A stretch of DNA of 63,916 bases, filler included, from Candidatus Sysuiplasma jiujiangense (GTDB lineage: Archaea; Thermoplasmatota; Thermoplasmata; Sysuiplasmatales; Sysuiplasmataceae): NCBI GenBank assembly GCA_019721075.1. It is 4 parts of 3 records of this genome, joined end to end, with 100 filler letters (N's around TTAATTAATTAA, not from the genome) between each part and the next. Parts side by side here need not be neighbours in the genome. Positions count along the whole stretch, not along the records: positions 3,500 to 29,865 come from JAHEAD010000010.1; 3 more parts are not named here. One strand, 5' to 3'. This document shows, one piece after another, positions 8,817 through 18,221 of this stretch. Each line of letters begins with the position of its first letter. Positions within the stretch are counted from its first letter, which is position 1. The position numbers were made by a program, and so were the translations under genes. The notes below the pieces were generated by a model. It was not told the DNA's origin and did not search any database. It saw only the letters and a list, made by a program, of their open reading frames with translations.

Positions 8817-9245
8817 TCAGCCGGCAAGTTTCCTTTCGGCATCCCTTACGCAGGGAAAAACCATTGTGTGCTCCTTCTGGAAATGGTTTCTGAGAAATTC
8901 GGACAGCCCGGCGGAGAGTTCGGCGACATTTGCATTCGCTGCATCAATGGACTTTTTCAGTTCCTTTATGAGGCGGTCGATGTCCGCATGCTCCTGAAAG
9001 ACCTCAATGGATTCCCACGCTCCTTCACGCCCGAATGCCCTGATAAGCTCTCTGAGCAGCGTCGCTTCCTCGTCAAGCATGTGCTGGATAAGCGTTTCGT
9101 CCATTCCCCTTATCAAGTCCATTGCCTTTTCCGTCTCACCGGATTCCAGCAGCACGCCCAGTTCGACAAGTGTGGAGCGAATCCTCTCGTGCTCTGTTTC
9201 GAGGAGAGCGATTAGCTCATTCATGTCAAGATCCCTTGGCCTCAT
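8817..9245 (-). CDS. Hemerythrin/HHE cation-binding domain protein
   Basis: EHERI...HMLDEEATL...EHADI...HFQKEHTMVFP pattern; start taken at MRPR (9245). Confidence 0.85.
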   Translation of the reverse strand: MRPRDLDMNELIALLETEHERIRSTLVELGVLLESGETEKAMDLIRGMDETLIQHMLDEEATLLRELIRAFGREGAWESIEVFQEHADIDRLIKELKKSIDAANANVAELSAGLSEFLRNHFQKEHTMVFPCVRDAERKLAG

Positions 9246-9364
9246 ACAGCCGAATAATGAAGACTGAACTATTATTAATTTGACACAGCAGCCGGCAAGT
9301 GATACAGAAGTGATTCCTGAAAAGGAGGGCAAACATTATGGTGAGTTCAGAGTAATGGTGGAAC

Positions 9365-10585
9365 ATGCGTATCATCATCTACACCGGCAAAGGCGGTGTC
9401 GGCAAAACATCGGTGTCGGTCGCGACGGCAATGAAATGTGCGGAGAGGGGCCTCAGAACAATAATCATAAGCACTGATTCGGCTCACAGCCTCTCCGACA
9501 GCGTTGATTTCCAGATCGGACCTGCAATCAAGAAAATATCTCAAAATCTTGATGGTCTGGAGATAGACATACTCAGGGAACTTGAGGAGAACTGGAACGA
9601 TATCAGAAAATATATTTTTTCGTTCTTTTCGTCGCAGGGAATGGATGAAATATCGGCAAAGGAAATGGCCATATTTCCGGGAATGGAATTCATTGCCGCA
9701 CTTTTCTATCTCGGGCGTTTTTACGCCAATGATGAATATGATGTTGTCATAGTCGACACCGCCCCCACAGCCGATACGCTCAGGCTGCTCAGCTTTCCTG
9801 ATGTTGCCGACTGGTACTTCCAGCATTTCTACGGGCTGATGAAGAATTTCATACGGCTGGCAAGAGTAACGGTAGGCAAAGTCGTATCGATACCTCTCCC
9901 CCCAGAACAGGTGATGCAGGAATTCGAAAGGTTCAACTTGAGAATCAAGAACGTGAGGCAGATACTCACGAATCCTGAGATAACATCGGTGCGGCTCGTC
10001 ACCAATCCTGAAAAGATGGTTATAAGCGAGACAATGAGGGCTTACACCTACCTTTCGCTCTACAATCTCACAGTGGAAGCACTCATAGTGAATAGGGTTT
10101 ACAAAAAAAATACGTCTGAAAGCAATTCGATCAAGCTGAAGGAACAGGAGAACTACATCGATGTCATCGAGAGTGCTTTCCAGCCTATGAAGATTTTCTA
10201 CTCCAGGCTGTTCCCGCATGAGGTTGTCGGAAAGGAGGCGGTGAAGAAGCTTGGCGACGAGCTGTTCGGCGACACCGATCCGTCCATCACCTATGCAAAG
10301 GAAAATCCGATGAAAATCATATCAAGGAAGGGAAACACAAGCATTCAGCTCAGGGTTCCATTTGCAAATGCAAGCGAGCTAGAGTTATATACGACGAGAG
10401 ACACTATCATAGTTGGTGTCGGCCAGTATCGGCGCACAATTGCGCTTCCGCTCGGATTGTACGGAAGAGAGATTGCATCTGCCGAGATATCCGGCGGCAC
10501 ACTGACGGTAAAATTCAGGGAGGATGAAGATGGAGGAAGAAAAAAAGAGCGAAGTTTACGAAGAAAAGGCAAAGGAAATGATTGA
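9365..10585 (+). CDS. ArsA/GET3-family ATPase with C-terminal HSP20/alpha-crystallin-like domain
   Basis: GKGGVGKT, STDSAHSLSD, DTAPTADTLRLL and NPEKMV; C-terminal beta-sandwich (LRVPF...IIVGVGQYRRTIALP...GTLTVKF). Confidence 0.9.
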   Translation: MRIIIYTGKGGVGKTSVSVATAMKCAERGLRTIIISTDSAHSLSDSVDFQIGPAIKKISQNLDGLEIDILRELEENWNDIRKYIFSFFSSQGMDEISAKEMAIFPGMEFIAALFYLGRFYANDEYDVVIVDTAPTADTLRLLSFPDVADWYFQHFYGLMKNFIRLARVTVGKVVSIPLPPEQVMQEFERFNLRIKNVRQILTNPEITSVRLVTNPEKMVISETMRAYTYLSLYNLTVEALIVNRVYKKNTSESNSIKLKEQENYIDVIESAFQPMKIFYSRLFPHEVVGKEAVKKLGDELFGDTDPSITYAKENPMKIISRKGNTSIQLRVPFANASELELYTTRDTIIVGVGQYRRTIALPLGLYGREIASAEISGGTLTVKFREDEDGGRKKERSLRRKGKGND

Positions 10586-10820
10586 ACATTTCTATAATGC
10601 AGGCAAGGGCTCCATAGCCGCTTTCAGGGCAATGGTTCCATCTGTTCCACCAGGCTCAAAGGCAATAAAGGAATTCAAGAGAGCGCAAAGGGAAATGCTG
10701 CTCGCAGCCAGATCGTTCATTGACGGGCAGATTGCATTCATAGACAGCCTGGAATTTGATTTTTCCAAATCCAGGGGAAAGAGGAGTCTCAGAAAAGTCG
10801 ACGTCAAAGAGAAGAAGTGA
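10530..10820 (+). CDS. Small helical hypothetical protein overlapping the ArsA 3' end
   Basis: Overlaps arsA by about 55 nt; amphipathic helix EFKRAQREMLLAARSFIDGQIAFID and a basic tail. Confidence 0.7.
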   Translation: MEEEKKSEVYEEKAKEMIEHFYNAGKGSIAAFRAMVPSVPPGSKAIKEFKRAQREMLLAARSFIDGQIAFIDSLEFDFSKSRGKRSLRKVDVKEKK

Positions 10821-10933
10821 ATCAGGTTCCGGACGTCTGGTACAGACACCGGATCATCCGGACGGGCCAGGAACACTTGGCCAGTACATCCTGCATGTGT
10901 TTTTTCTCCCTGCCAGTTGTGAACATCGCATCT

Positions 10934-12190
10934 TCAGAGGCTGAGCAGGTAATAGGCATTAAATGCAATGATGACAAGCGCCGCAGCTACCGCCAGGACG
11001 ACGGTATACTTTCTGTTCACGAATTCACCCATTTTACTCTTCTGCGAGGTGTATATTATCAGCGGTATCATTGGCAGGGGTATCATGACGCTCAGTATCA
11101 CCTGGCTGTAGAAGAGTATGAAGAACGGATTCAGGCCGATGAGTATTGCAATCGTGGTCGGAATGACGTTCACAAATCTTGTGACCAGCCTTCTTTTCCA
11201 TGGATTGATCTTCCGGCCAAGCATTCCCTCCATTACTGACTGGCCTGCAAGCGTTCCAAGTGTGGAGGCGGAAATGCCGGAGGACAGAAGGGCAGCGACG
11301 AAAACGTATCCTGCCACCTTGCCAAAGAGCGGAACCAGGGTGAAATAAGCGTTGTTTATTGTCTGCACGTCGTTGAGTCCGCGGGCGTGGAAACCTCCTG
11401 CAGCCATTATGAGCATGGCCGCATTGACGAGTGATGCTGCCCCGAGAAATATGATGGTGTCCTTTCTGTGGTAACTGAGTGTGGCTCTCTTTGTCTCGAT
11501 GTCGTTGCTCTTCAGTTTCTGCCTGACAAGATCTGAATGATAGAAGAGCACGTGCGGCATTATTGTTGCGCCGATGATGGACACTATAAGGACAATGTAT
11601 GCCTGGTGAACAGAAGGCACTACTGAGTAGTAGACTGCCGAGTGCAGATCCGGTTTAACGAGAAAGAGCTCGTAGACATAGCTTACCCCGATCATGCCGA
11701 CAAAAAGGAAAAATGCCTTTTCCAGTTTCCTGAAACCTTTTTGCGAAAGGTAAATCATCAGGAAAACGTCGAAAACAGCGATATAGGTCGCTTCGAGATA
11801 CGGAACGCCAAAGAGAAGATTCAGCGCCAGCACGGTTCCCAGAAATTCGGCGAGATCAACTGCCGCGGCCGCAGCCTCGGCTCCCAGCCAGTACGGGAGT
11901 ATGTATTTCCTCTTTTTCAGGGATGCGGAAATCAGTTCAGGCAGGGAGTTACCCGTAGCGAGACCCAGCTTGCCGGAAAGATACTGGAGCAGCATGGCCA
12001 TCATTCCGGCAAGCCAGACAGCCCAGAGAAGTACATACCCCGTGGTCGCACCGGACTCTATATCGCTTGCAAAATTACCAGGATCGATATAGGCAATGCT
12101 GACAATAAGCGCAGGCCCCATGTAGGCTATGAGCTTCAGGATCTCCTTCCGGCTGTATTTGCCGGCGGCTGCATTCTTCGCATCGAACAT
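10934..12190 (-). CDS. mntH: Nramp-family Mn2+/Fe2+ transporter
   Basis: AYIDPGNF, GATIMPH and GTLAGQSVMEG motifs; about 11 transmembrane segments. Confidence 0.95.
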   Translation of the reverse strand: MFDAKNAAAGKYSRKEILKLIAYMGPALIVSIAYIDPGNFASDIESGATTGYVLLWAVWLAGMMAMLLQYLSGKLGLATGNSLPELISASLKKRKYILPYWLGAEAAAAAVDLAEFLGTVLALNLLFGVPYLEATYIAVFDVFLMIYLSQKGFRKLEKAFFLFVGMIGVSYVYELFLVKPDLHSAVYYSVVPSVHQAYIVLIVSIIGATIMPHVLFYHSDLVRQKLKSNDIETKRATLSYHRKDTIIFLGAASLVNAAMLIMAAGGFHARGLNDVQTINNAYFTLVPLFGKVAGYVFVAALLSSGISASTLGTLAGQSVMEGMLGRKINPWKRRLVTRFVNVIPTTIAILIGLNPFFILFYSQVILSVMIPLPMIPLIIYTSQKSKMGEFVNRKYTVVLAVAAALVIIAFNAYYLLSL

Positions 12191-12243
12191 TTTCCGACCG
12201 CTATCTTCCGAGCTGCTTGCTTTCCGCTGTTTTCATCAAGCGC

Positions 12244-12594
12244 CTATGCGGTGCGTGCCTCTATGCTGTCCCGCAGCCACTCCACAAGGAAATCCTTCAT
12301 CGGCGGGCCAAGATCGATTCTCAGCTTTTCCAGCGCCTTCACACCTTTGCTGGTCGTTCTGTAATACTTGTGTATCCTGCCGTGTTCTATCCTCGGCTCC
12401 TCAGTGAGAAGACCGTCGCTCATCAGCTTGTGGAGCACGGGATAGAGCTTTCCGGGACTGAGGACATGCTGGTGCATCTTTTCGGCATCCAGCAGATCCA
12501 TCCCTGAAATCTGAGACTTGGAACATTTCCAGAGCACATAGGGCCTGAACAGCCCTCTCTCAAGGTACTTTGTCATTTCTTCCATTTCAATCAT
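12244..12594 (-). CDS. PadR-family transcriptional regulator
   Basis: SPGKLYPVLHKLMSDGLL...HKYYRTTSKG; start re-assigned to about 12594 or 12585. Confidence 0.85.
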   Translation of the reverse strand: MIEMEEMTKYLERGLFRPYVLWKCSKSQISGMDLLDAEKMHQHVLSPGKLYPVLHKLMSDGLLTEEPRIEHGRIHKYYRTTSKGVKALEKLRIDLGPPMKDFLVEWLRDSIEARTA

Positions 12595-12610
12595 CCTGGT
12601 AATATCTATT

Positions 12611-12645
12611 ACAGATAACTGATATTGATATCTGTTACTGATATT
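12611..12645. promoter_or_regulatory. AT-rich repeat cluster upstream of padR-mntH, candidate operator
   Basis: ACAGATA-N11-TATCTGT inverted repeat (12611-12635) and an ACTGATATT direct repeat (about 12618 and 12637). Confidence 0.4.
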
Positions 12646-13039
12646 TATTACATTCCGCCCGGATGCATTCCCCCAGTCTGCAGGGGCTGTGAGCCGGGAT
12701 GCGACATAAATTACACTCACTATCGCACAGGGATAAGTGTCATTGCCGTCACCATAAGCACTGTTTTCCGATGGTTGTGTTCAGCATTTCAGATGAAGCC
12801 GAAACAGGAACAGAAGACTTGCGGTCGAACATGTTAGAGTGTGGTCTGCTGATGAGTTGAAGCAGAGGAGGAAATAGCCCCGGCTGTTCGATGCCGGGAA
12901 TAAATCTGCGTATGGCGCAGACAATTATGCCGATGCCATGGAATTTGCAAAAATTCATATTCTGTCTTTATGTCCTTAGTCTGAGTCTGCAAAAAAACTG
13001 TCCGGGCGAAAAAATCGTGCAGGCCAGCGATGGGCGATT

Positions 13040-14488
13040 ATGGAAAAACGCAACTTTGTGCTGTCGAGCGTGCTTATCGGGACGCTGATGTCGGCCATAG
13101 ACACAACGATCGTCATACTCGCCCTGCCGACGATCACGGACGAACTTCATTCGACACTTTTCCTTTCAATTTGGATTATAATCATCTACCTTCTTGTTGT
13201 TGCTGTATTTACAACACAGCTGGGAAGACTCGGGGATCTTTTCGGAAGAAAGAATATATTCAATTTCGGCTTCGTGGTATTCATCACCGGTTCTGCGTTA
13301 TGCGGTTTTGCGACGGACATGGACATGCTGATAGCGTCCCGTGGGCTCCAGGCGTTCGGGGCATCGCTGATGCAGTCAAACAGCAATGCAATTGTTGCCG
13401 ATAATTTTGGAGCGCACGAAAGGGGGAGGGCATTTGGGTACACGACAATGGGATGGAACGTCGGAGGCACACTGGGAATAGTGCTGGGGGGCTTCATAAC
13501 CACATTCATCGGCTGGCGGTATATTTTCTTCATAAATGTGCCCATAGGGCTTGCAGGACTTGCACTCGGTATGAAATACATCAGGGATACTGAACGCAAA
13601 TCCACAGGACTGGACATCGGCGGAATGGCACTTCTCGGCATCCTGCTCGTCCTGATCACATACGGTGCAACAGATATTGCAGGCTCGGGCCTGGATTTAT
13701 TCAATCTTTCACTGATCGTGGTTGGCCTCCTGATGCTCATACCTTTCATAATCATGGAGAGGAGAGCGAAAAGTCCGATAATGAACCTCCAGGCATTCAG
13801 GGTCAGGATCCTTTCGTATTCGCTGATAGCCTCCTTCACACAGGCACTGGGCTACCTGTCGGTTGTATTCCTCCTGATAATGTACCTGCAGGGAATCCGG
13901 GGTTACAGTCCACTGAAGGCTTCACTCATTCTCGTTCCGGGTTATGTGATAGCAAGTCTGCTGGCGCCGGGAATGGGCCGCTTTTCTGACAGGTTCGGGC
14001 CGCATATTGTTGCAAGCGCCGGCATTGTGATGATGGCTGTGGCTGTCATAGTCTACACAACGCTCACAGCTGCAACCGACGTTTTCCTTGTGATTATACC
14101 GGCTTCACTGGTTTCCGGTGTCGGAGGGGCGATGTTCTGGCCGGCTAACAACAGCGCAGTAATGTCAAGTTCGCCAAAGAACATCTACGGTTCCGTATCA
14201 GGTCTTCTCAGAACACTGTCAAGCATAGGAACGCTTTTCAGTTACGTTCTTTCAATTTCGATAGCCTCGGTAAGCGTTCCCAGGTATATTGCGTTCGAGG
14301 TTTTCCTTGGGACCGGCACACTGAGAGGTGGCATTTCTGGAACGTTCCTCCAGGGAATTCATACTGCATTCTTCGCAAGCTTTGCGCTCCTGATCCTTGC
14401 CGGAATTTTCTCGTACTTCAGGGGAACGCATGGAAGTGTAAAGGCTGTCCCAGCGACACAGCCGGCTGTTGACGGAGGCAACAAATGA
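13040..14488 (+). CDS. MFS transporter, DHA2/EmrB-like (14 TM)
   Basis: DTTIVILALP, GRLGDLFGRK, RGLQAFG, ERGRAFG and WRYIFFINVPIG. Confidence 0.92.
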   Translation: MEKRNFVLSSVLIGTLMSAIDTTIVILALPTITDELHSTLFLSIWIIIIYLLVVAVFTTQLGRLGDLFGRKNIFNFGFVVFITGSALCGFATDMDMLIASRGLQAFGASLMQSNSNAIVADNFGAHERGRAFGYTTMGWNVGGTLGIVLGGFITTFIGWRYIFFINVPIGLAGLALGMKYIRDTERKSTGLDIGGMALLGILLVLITYGATDIAGSGLDLFNLSLIVVGLLMLIPFIIMERRAKSPIMNLQAFRVRILSYSLIASFTQALGYLSVVFLLIMYLQGIRGYSPLKASLILVPGYVIASLLAPGMGRFSDRFGPHIVASAGIVMMAVAVIVYTTLTAATDVFLVIIPASLVSGVGGAMFWPANNSAVMSSSPKNIYGSVSGLLRTLSSIGTLFSYVLSISIASVSVPRYIAFEVFLGTGTLRGGISGTFLQGIHTAFFASFALLILAGIFSYFRGTHGSVKAVPATQPAVDGGNK

Positions 14489-14722
14489 GCGCCTGGGAAG
14501 ACGCCGTATCATCAGAAGGGTTTTGAGCGTTCCGCGACAGCCGCACGTCATGCATCGGAGCATACACATCGTACTGGAGAAGTTGTTGCGGCGCTACAAG
14601 GCATCTGACATAAACACCGAAACGGCGCTGCCCTGACATCAACCTGTCCTGCCCATTCTGCCGATGCCTGAAGCGGGGAGAAAATTCAACGAATTGAGAA
14701 AAAGTTTCGCAGCGCCGAACGG

Positions 14723-15079
14723 TCAGAACATGCTTTTCAGCGATTCCACGCCCTCTCTCCACTCCTTCCTGAAGGTATCTACATCCCGGATGGAATTCAC
14801 ACCGCTTTCAGTGATTGTATACAGAAACTTTGGCCTGTCACCCTGCGCAATTGATTTTCTCTGTATAAGGTGCATTCTCTCGAGATCCGCCAGAACAGGA
14901 TAGATGGCTCCAGGCCCGGGCTTCCAGAAACCGTTTGTCCGCCGTTCAATTTCCTGCATCAGTTCATAGCCGTGCATTGGTGTTTCATGCAGGATCATCA
15001 GTATAAGCGGCTTCAGGAGACCGGTCGGAATCAAGTTGACTCTGAACGGGCCGCAGCTGCAACAGCATCCTTGCTTCAT
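14723..15079 (-). CDS. PadR-family regulator with Cys-rich N-terminus
   Basis: PMHGYELMQEI...WKPGPGAIYPVLADLE...YTITESG; N-terminus MKQGCCCSCG. Confidence 0.9.
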   Translation of the reverse strand: MKQGCCCSCGPFRVNLIPTGLLKPLILMILHETPMHGYELMQEIERRTNGFWKPGPGAIYPVLADLERMHLIQRKSIAQGDRPKFLYTITESGVNSIRDVDTFRKEWREGVESLKSMF

Positions 15080-15196
15080 ACTGTTCACAGGATTAGTCCT
15101 TCAACATATTTTACTGTCTGCACAAACAGGATATACGGTATGGTGACGGATGGCACGACGGCGCGATACCCGCCGGCACCAGCGGAACATCCTGCG

Positions 15197-15409
15197 CTAA
15201 ACCGACTTCGTGTCCGTACCTTTGACGGATTTGATTTGTTTCTCGAGTTCCAGCAGCTCGCTTTCCAGCTCCTGCTTGTACTGTTCAAGTTCCGCAACGA
15301 CGTCCTTTCCGGTTCTCCAATGAGTCCGTTCCATTGAATGCGACTCGCCGCATCCACAACCACATCCACAACCGCATTCACAGTTATTTCTCTCGTAATG
15401 ACTATGCAT
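15197..15409 (-). CDS. Small Cys-Gly-repeat plus coiled-coil protein (DUF5320-like C-terminus)
   Basis: MHSHYERNNCECGCGCGCGCGESH...ELEQYKQELESELLELEKQIK; same strand as and upstream of padR. Confidence 0.75.
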   Translation of the reverse strand: MHSHYERNNCECGCGCGCGCGESHSMERTHWRTGKDVVAELEQYKQELESELLELEKQIKSVKGTDTKSV

Positions 15410-15459
15410 TTGCCTCACATTATCACGGAGACAGGAATATCTTTGCTATGATATATAGT

Positions 15460-15475
15460 TTACGATATATCGTAA
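15460..15475. promoter_or_regulatory. Perfect 16-bp palindrome TTACGATATATCGTAA, probable PadR operator
   Basis: Exact palindrome about 50 bp upstream of the Cys-rich gene, with a degenerate adjacent copy (TATGATATATAG) at about 15447-15458. Confidence 0.7.
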
Positions 15476-15649
15476 GTACATATGGCATGGTTAACATCAT
15501 TCCTGCAGACTGATGAACCTGATGCAATAGTAATGCATTCATGAGGTGTGGAACAATGGGTTAAAGCGGCAACATTTCCCCTATGGCGGCTTACCGGCAA
15601 TCACGCCGGAAGGAGAAACGTAACCTGGGCGAAAACGACTTGAAGAGAT

Positions 15650-16597
15650 TTAGAGAAATTTGTGTTCTCGGAGGAGTTCGACATCCTTCCTGACTGCATT
15701 CGCACTTTCATTCAGTGCAGCCGATTCCTCAGCGGAAATCTGCAATTCAATTATTTTCTCCACGCCTTTGCTTCCGAGAATCACAGGCACACCCGTGAAG
15801 ATGTCCCTTATACCGTATTCTCCGTTCAGGTAGGCTGAACAGGGAAGTATCTTCTTCTCATTGAGGGCCACAGATCGAACCATTTCGTAAATTGAGGACG
15901 CAGGGGCATAGAATGCGCTTCCTGTCTTGAGAAGATTGACTATTTCGTCGCCGCCCATCCTTGTCCTCCTGACAATTTCATCGATCTTTGCCCTGGGCAT
16001 AAGGCCGGTCAGCGGAACCCCGCCAACACTTGTGTTGCTGACGACCGGAACCATCGAAGGACCGTGACCTCCAAGCACAAAGGCAACCACCTGGGACGGA
16101 TACACGCCCAGTTCCATCGACACAAACGTGCGGAATCTCGATGTGTCAAGGACGCCTGCCATACCGACCACTCTGTCAGGCCTGAAACCCGTTTTCCTGA
16201 AGAGCAGATATGTCATTATATCCATAGGGTTGGTTACAACTATGACAAATGCCCTCGGGGAATATTTTTTAATGCTCTCGCCTACGGAGGAGAGTATCGA
16301 AGCATTCTTGTCAAGCAGATCGGATCGCGTCATACCCGGCTTTCTGGCAAGGCCCGCGGTTACCACAATTATGTCGGAATCAGATATTGCCGAATAGTCG
16401 TTGCTGCCGGAAATCTTTGTATTGAAGCCCTCCACGGGGGCAGACTCCATCATATCAAGAGCCCTCCCCTGAGGAAGGCCGTCCACAACATCGACAAAAA
16501 CAAGTTCGTCCGCGATATCATGCTCGGCGATTTTCTGTCCAGCGGTGGCGCCGACATTTCCGGCCCCTATCATTGAAATTTTGCTTACTCCGGACAA
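15650..16597 (-). CDS. mdh: Malate dehydrogenase (LDH-like)
   Basis: IGAGNVG, TAGLARKPGMTRSDL (Arg specificity residue), VTNPMD, LDTSRF and LGGHG. Confidence 0.95.
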   Translation of the reverse strand: MSGVSKISMIGAGNVGATAGQKIAEHDIADELVFVDVVDGLPQGRALDMMESAPVEGFNTKISGSNDYSAISDSDIIVVTAGLARKPGMTRSDLLDKNASILSSVGESIKKYSPRAFVIVVTNPMDIMTYLLFRKTGFRPDRVVGMAGVLDTSRFRTFVSMELGVYPSQVVAFVLGGHGPSMVPVVSNTSVGGVPLTGLMPRAKIDEIVRRTRMGGDEIVNLLKTGSAFYAPASSIYEMVRSVALNEKKILPCSAYLNGEYGIRDIFTGVPVILGSKGVEKIIELQISAEESAALNESANAVRKDVELLREHKFL

Positions 16598-16841
16598 TTT
16601 TTCACTTCCGTTCCTTTGAATAACGTTCTATTCTACATATATATTCGGTTCCCCGGGAGAAGAAGAGCGGTGCTTTGAACGTCCGGAGGCGGCAGCAGAC
16701 TTTAGACCCTGAAAGCATATTGCCCGGCTTGCGAAAATAGACAGGCTGAAGAGTTTGTAAGAATTTGCTCTGCCTGCGCTGAAGCATTGCGCTGAAAGCA
16801 TTTAAGCCACCTTTATTTACTATCCAGTTCGAGGATGTGTT

Positions 16842-18134
16842 ATGTCGGAAGCATTCGATCTTATCGTTGTCGGGGCCGGACCGGCAGGAAGCACAGCGGC
16901 GTATCAGGCGGCGAAATCCGGATTCAAGGTGCTGCTTCTCGAAAGGGGGAAGTTGCCGGGTCAGAAAAATGTGTTTGGAGGTCGCATATATGCACATATG
17001 CTTCGACGCATTTTCAAGGATTTTCCATCCGATGTGCCGTACGAGCGCTTTGTCGTTAATGAATCAGTAAATATCATGGACGATAACAGATGCGCCACAC
17101 TGTCGTTTTCAGATCATCACGGAGCGCCTGAAACGGCAGACAGCTTCGTGGCCAGACGGAGCAGATTCGACAAATGGCTATCGGACAAGGCTGAAGAAGC
17201 GGGCGCAATTGTTGTGCCCGGCACAAGGGTCGATGAACTCCTGATGGAGGATCGCAAGGTTAAGGGGATCATGGCCGCAGGTGACAGGATAGAGGGCAGG
17301 TGCGTCATCGACGCGGAGGGTGTCACAGCGACACTGTCGAGGCTGGCCGGGACAAGAAGTGATATCACGCCAGACCAGTTTAAAATCGGTGTCAAGGAAA
17401 CGGTGGAGATCGGGAAGGATGCAATTGAATCGAGATTCGGCCTTGGGGAAAATGAGGGGTTTGCAGGCGTTTATGTCGGATTTCCAAGCAGATACATGCC
17501 TGCCGGCGGAGCGTTCATATATACCAACAGGGAAAGCCTTTCAATCGGAATTGTGGTCGAGCCGAAGGGACTTGCCGGGAGTAAACTTGAGGTTCAGCAG
17601 CTTGCGGAGTCGTTCAGGCTCCACCCGCACATCAGAAGAATGATCGGCGGAGGGAAGGTGATAGAGTATTCTGCACACATGATACCCAATTCCGTTCCGA
17701 TGGAAACAGGCAATCTTTCCGGCGACGGCTTCATGGTCACCGGCGATGCTGCCGGTTTCTTCATAAACAACGGTTACACGTACCGGGGAGTGGATCTTGC
17801 AATCGCATCAGGATACTGCGCTGCAAACACGTTCATCGAGGCATCGAAAGAGGGGAAATTTGACGCTTCCGCACTTTCAGGTTACAGAAAAAGGCTGGAG
17901 GAAATCGGCCTGATGTCTGAGATTGAAAGGTTTAGTGGAAACGACAGGATTCTGCACAATGAAAGAATATTTTCCGACTATCCGCCACTGGTCCTGAATT
18001 TGTTATCCGAGATGTTCTCAGTGAAGGGATTCGGTAAAGAAAAGCTCTCTACTGTTTCGAAACGTGCCATGTCCGGAAATATTTCGAGACTGAGACTCCT
18101 CCGGGATATTTACAGCATCTACAGGCTTATGTGA
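16842..18134 (+). CDS. FixC-like FAD-dependent oxidoreductase (ETF:quinone oxidoreductase/GGR superfamily)
   Basis: VVGAGPAGS, KNVFGGRIY, RSRFDKWL, IGVKE, EYSAHMIP and GDAAGF...RGVDLAIASG. Confidence 0.85.
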   Translation: MSEAFDLIVVGAGPAGSTAAYQAAKSGFKVLLLERGKLPGQKNVFGGRIYAHMLRRIFKDFPSDVPYERFVVNESVNIMDDNRCATLSFSDHHGAPETADSFVARRSRFDKWLSDKAEEAGAIVVPGTRVDELLMEDRKVKGIMAAGDRIEGRCVIDAEGVTATLSRLAGTRSDITPDQFKIGVKETVEIGKDAIESRFGLGENEGFAGVYVGFPSRYMPAGGAFIYTNRESLSIGIVVEPKGLAGSKLEVQQLAESFRLHPHIRRMIGGGKVIEYSAHMIPNSVPMETGNLSGDGFMVTGDAAGFFINNGYTYRGVDLAIASGYCAANTFIEASKEGKFDASALSGYRKRLEEIGLMSEIERFSGNDRILHNERIFSDYPPLVLNLLSEMFSVKGFGKEKLSTVSKRAMSGNISRLRLLRDIYSIYRLM

Positions 18135-18221
18135 AAAGAGGGCAGTGCGCTATTTCATCCTGCCTGCTGCATTGGATTGCCCAGCTTCCCGAGATTACAT
18201 AAGCCGGCAGAATTCATCGGA

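Noticed and set aside
9347..10219. Long antisense ORFs (290 aa here; also 11642-12364, 26079-26720, 39199-39873, 44721-45434, 62087-62758)
   Set aside because: Shadow frames opposite well-supported genes, with no recognisable motifs.
9365..10585. Arsenite-efflux ATPase of an ars operon
   Set aside because: Single ATPase domain with an HSP20-like tail, no metalloid-binding Cys set and no adjacent arsB/arsD/arsR.
15345..15385. Short tandem repeat CCACA(A/T) as a DNA repeat or CRISPR
   Set aside because: It is the coding sequence of the Cys-Gly tract. I saw no repeat-spacer array or cas gene anywhere in the window.
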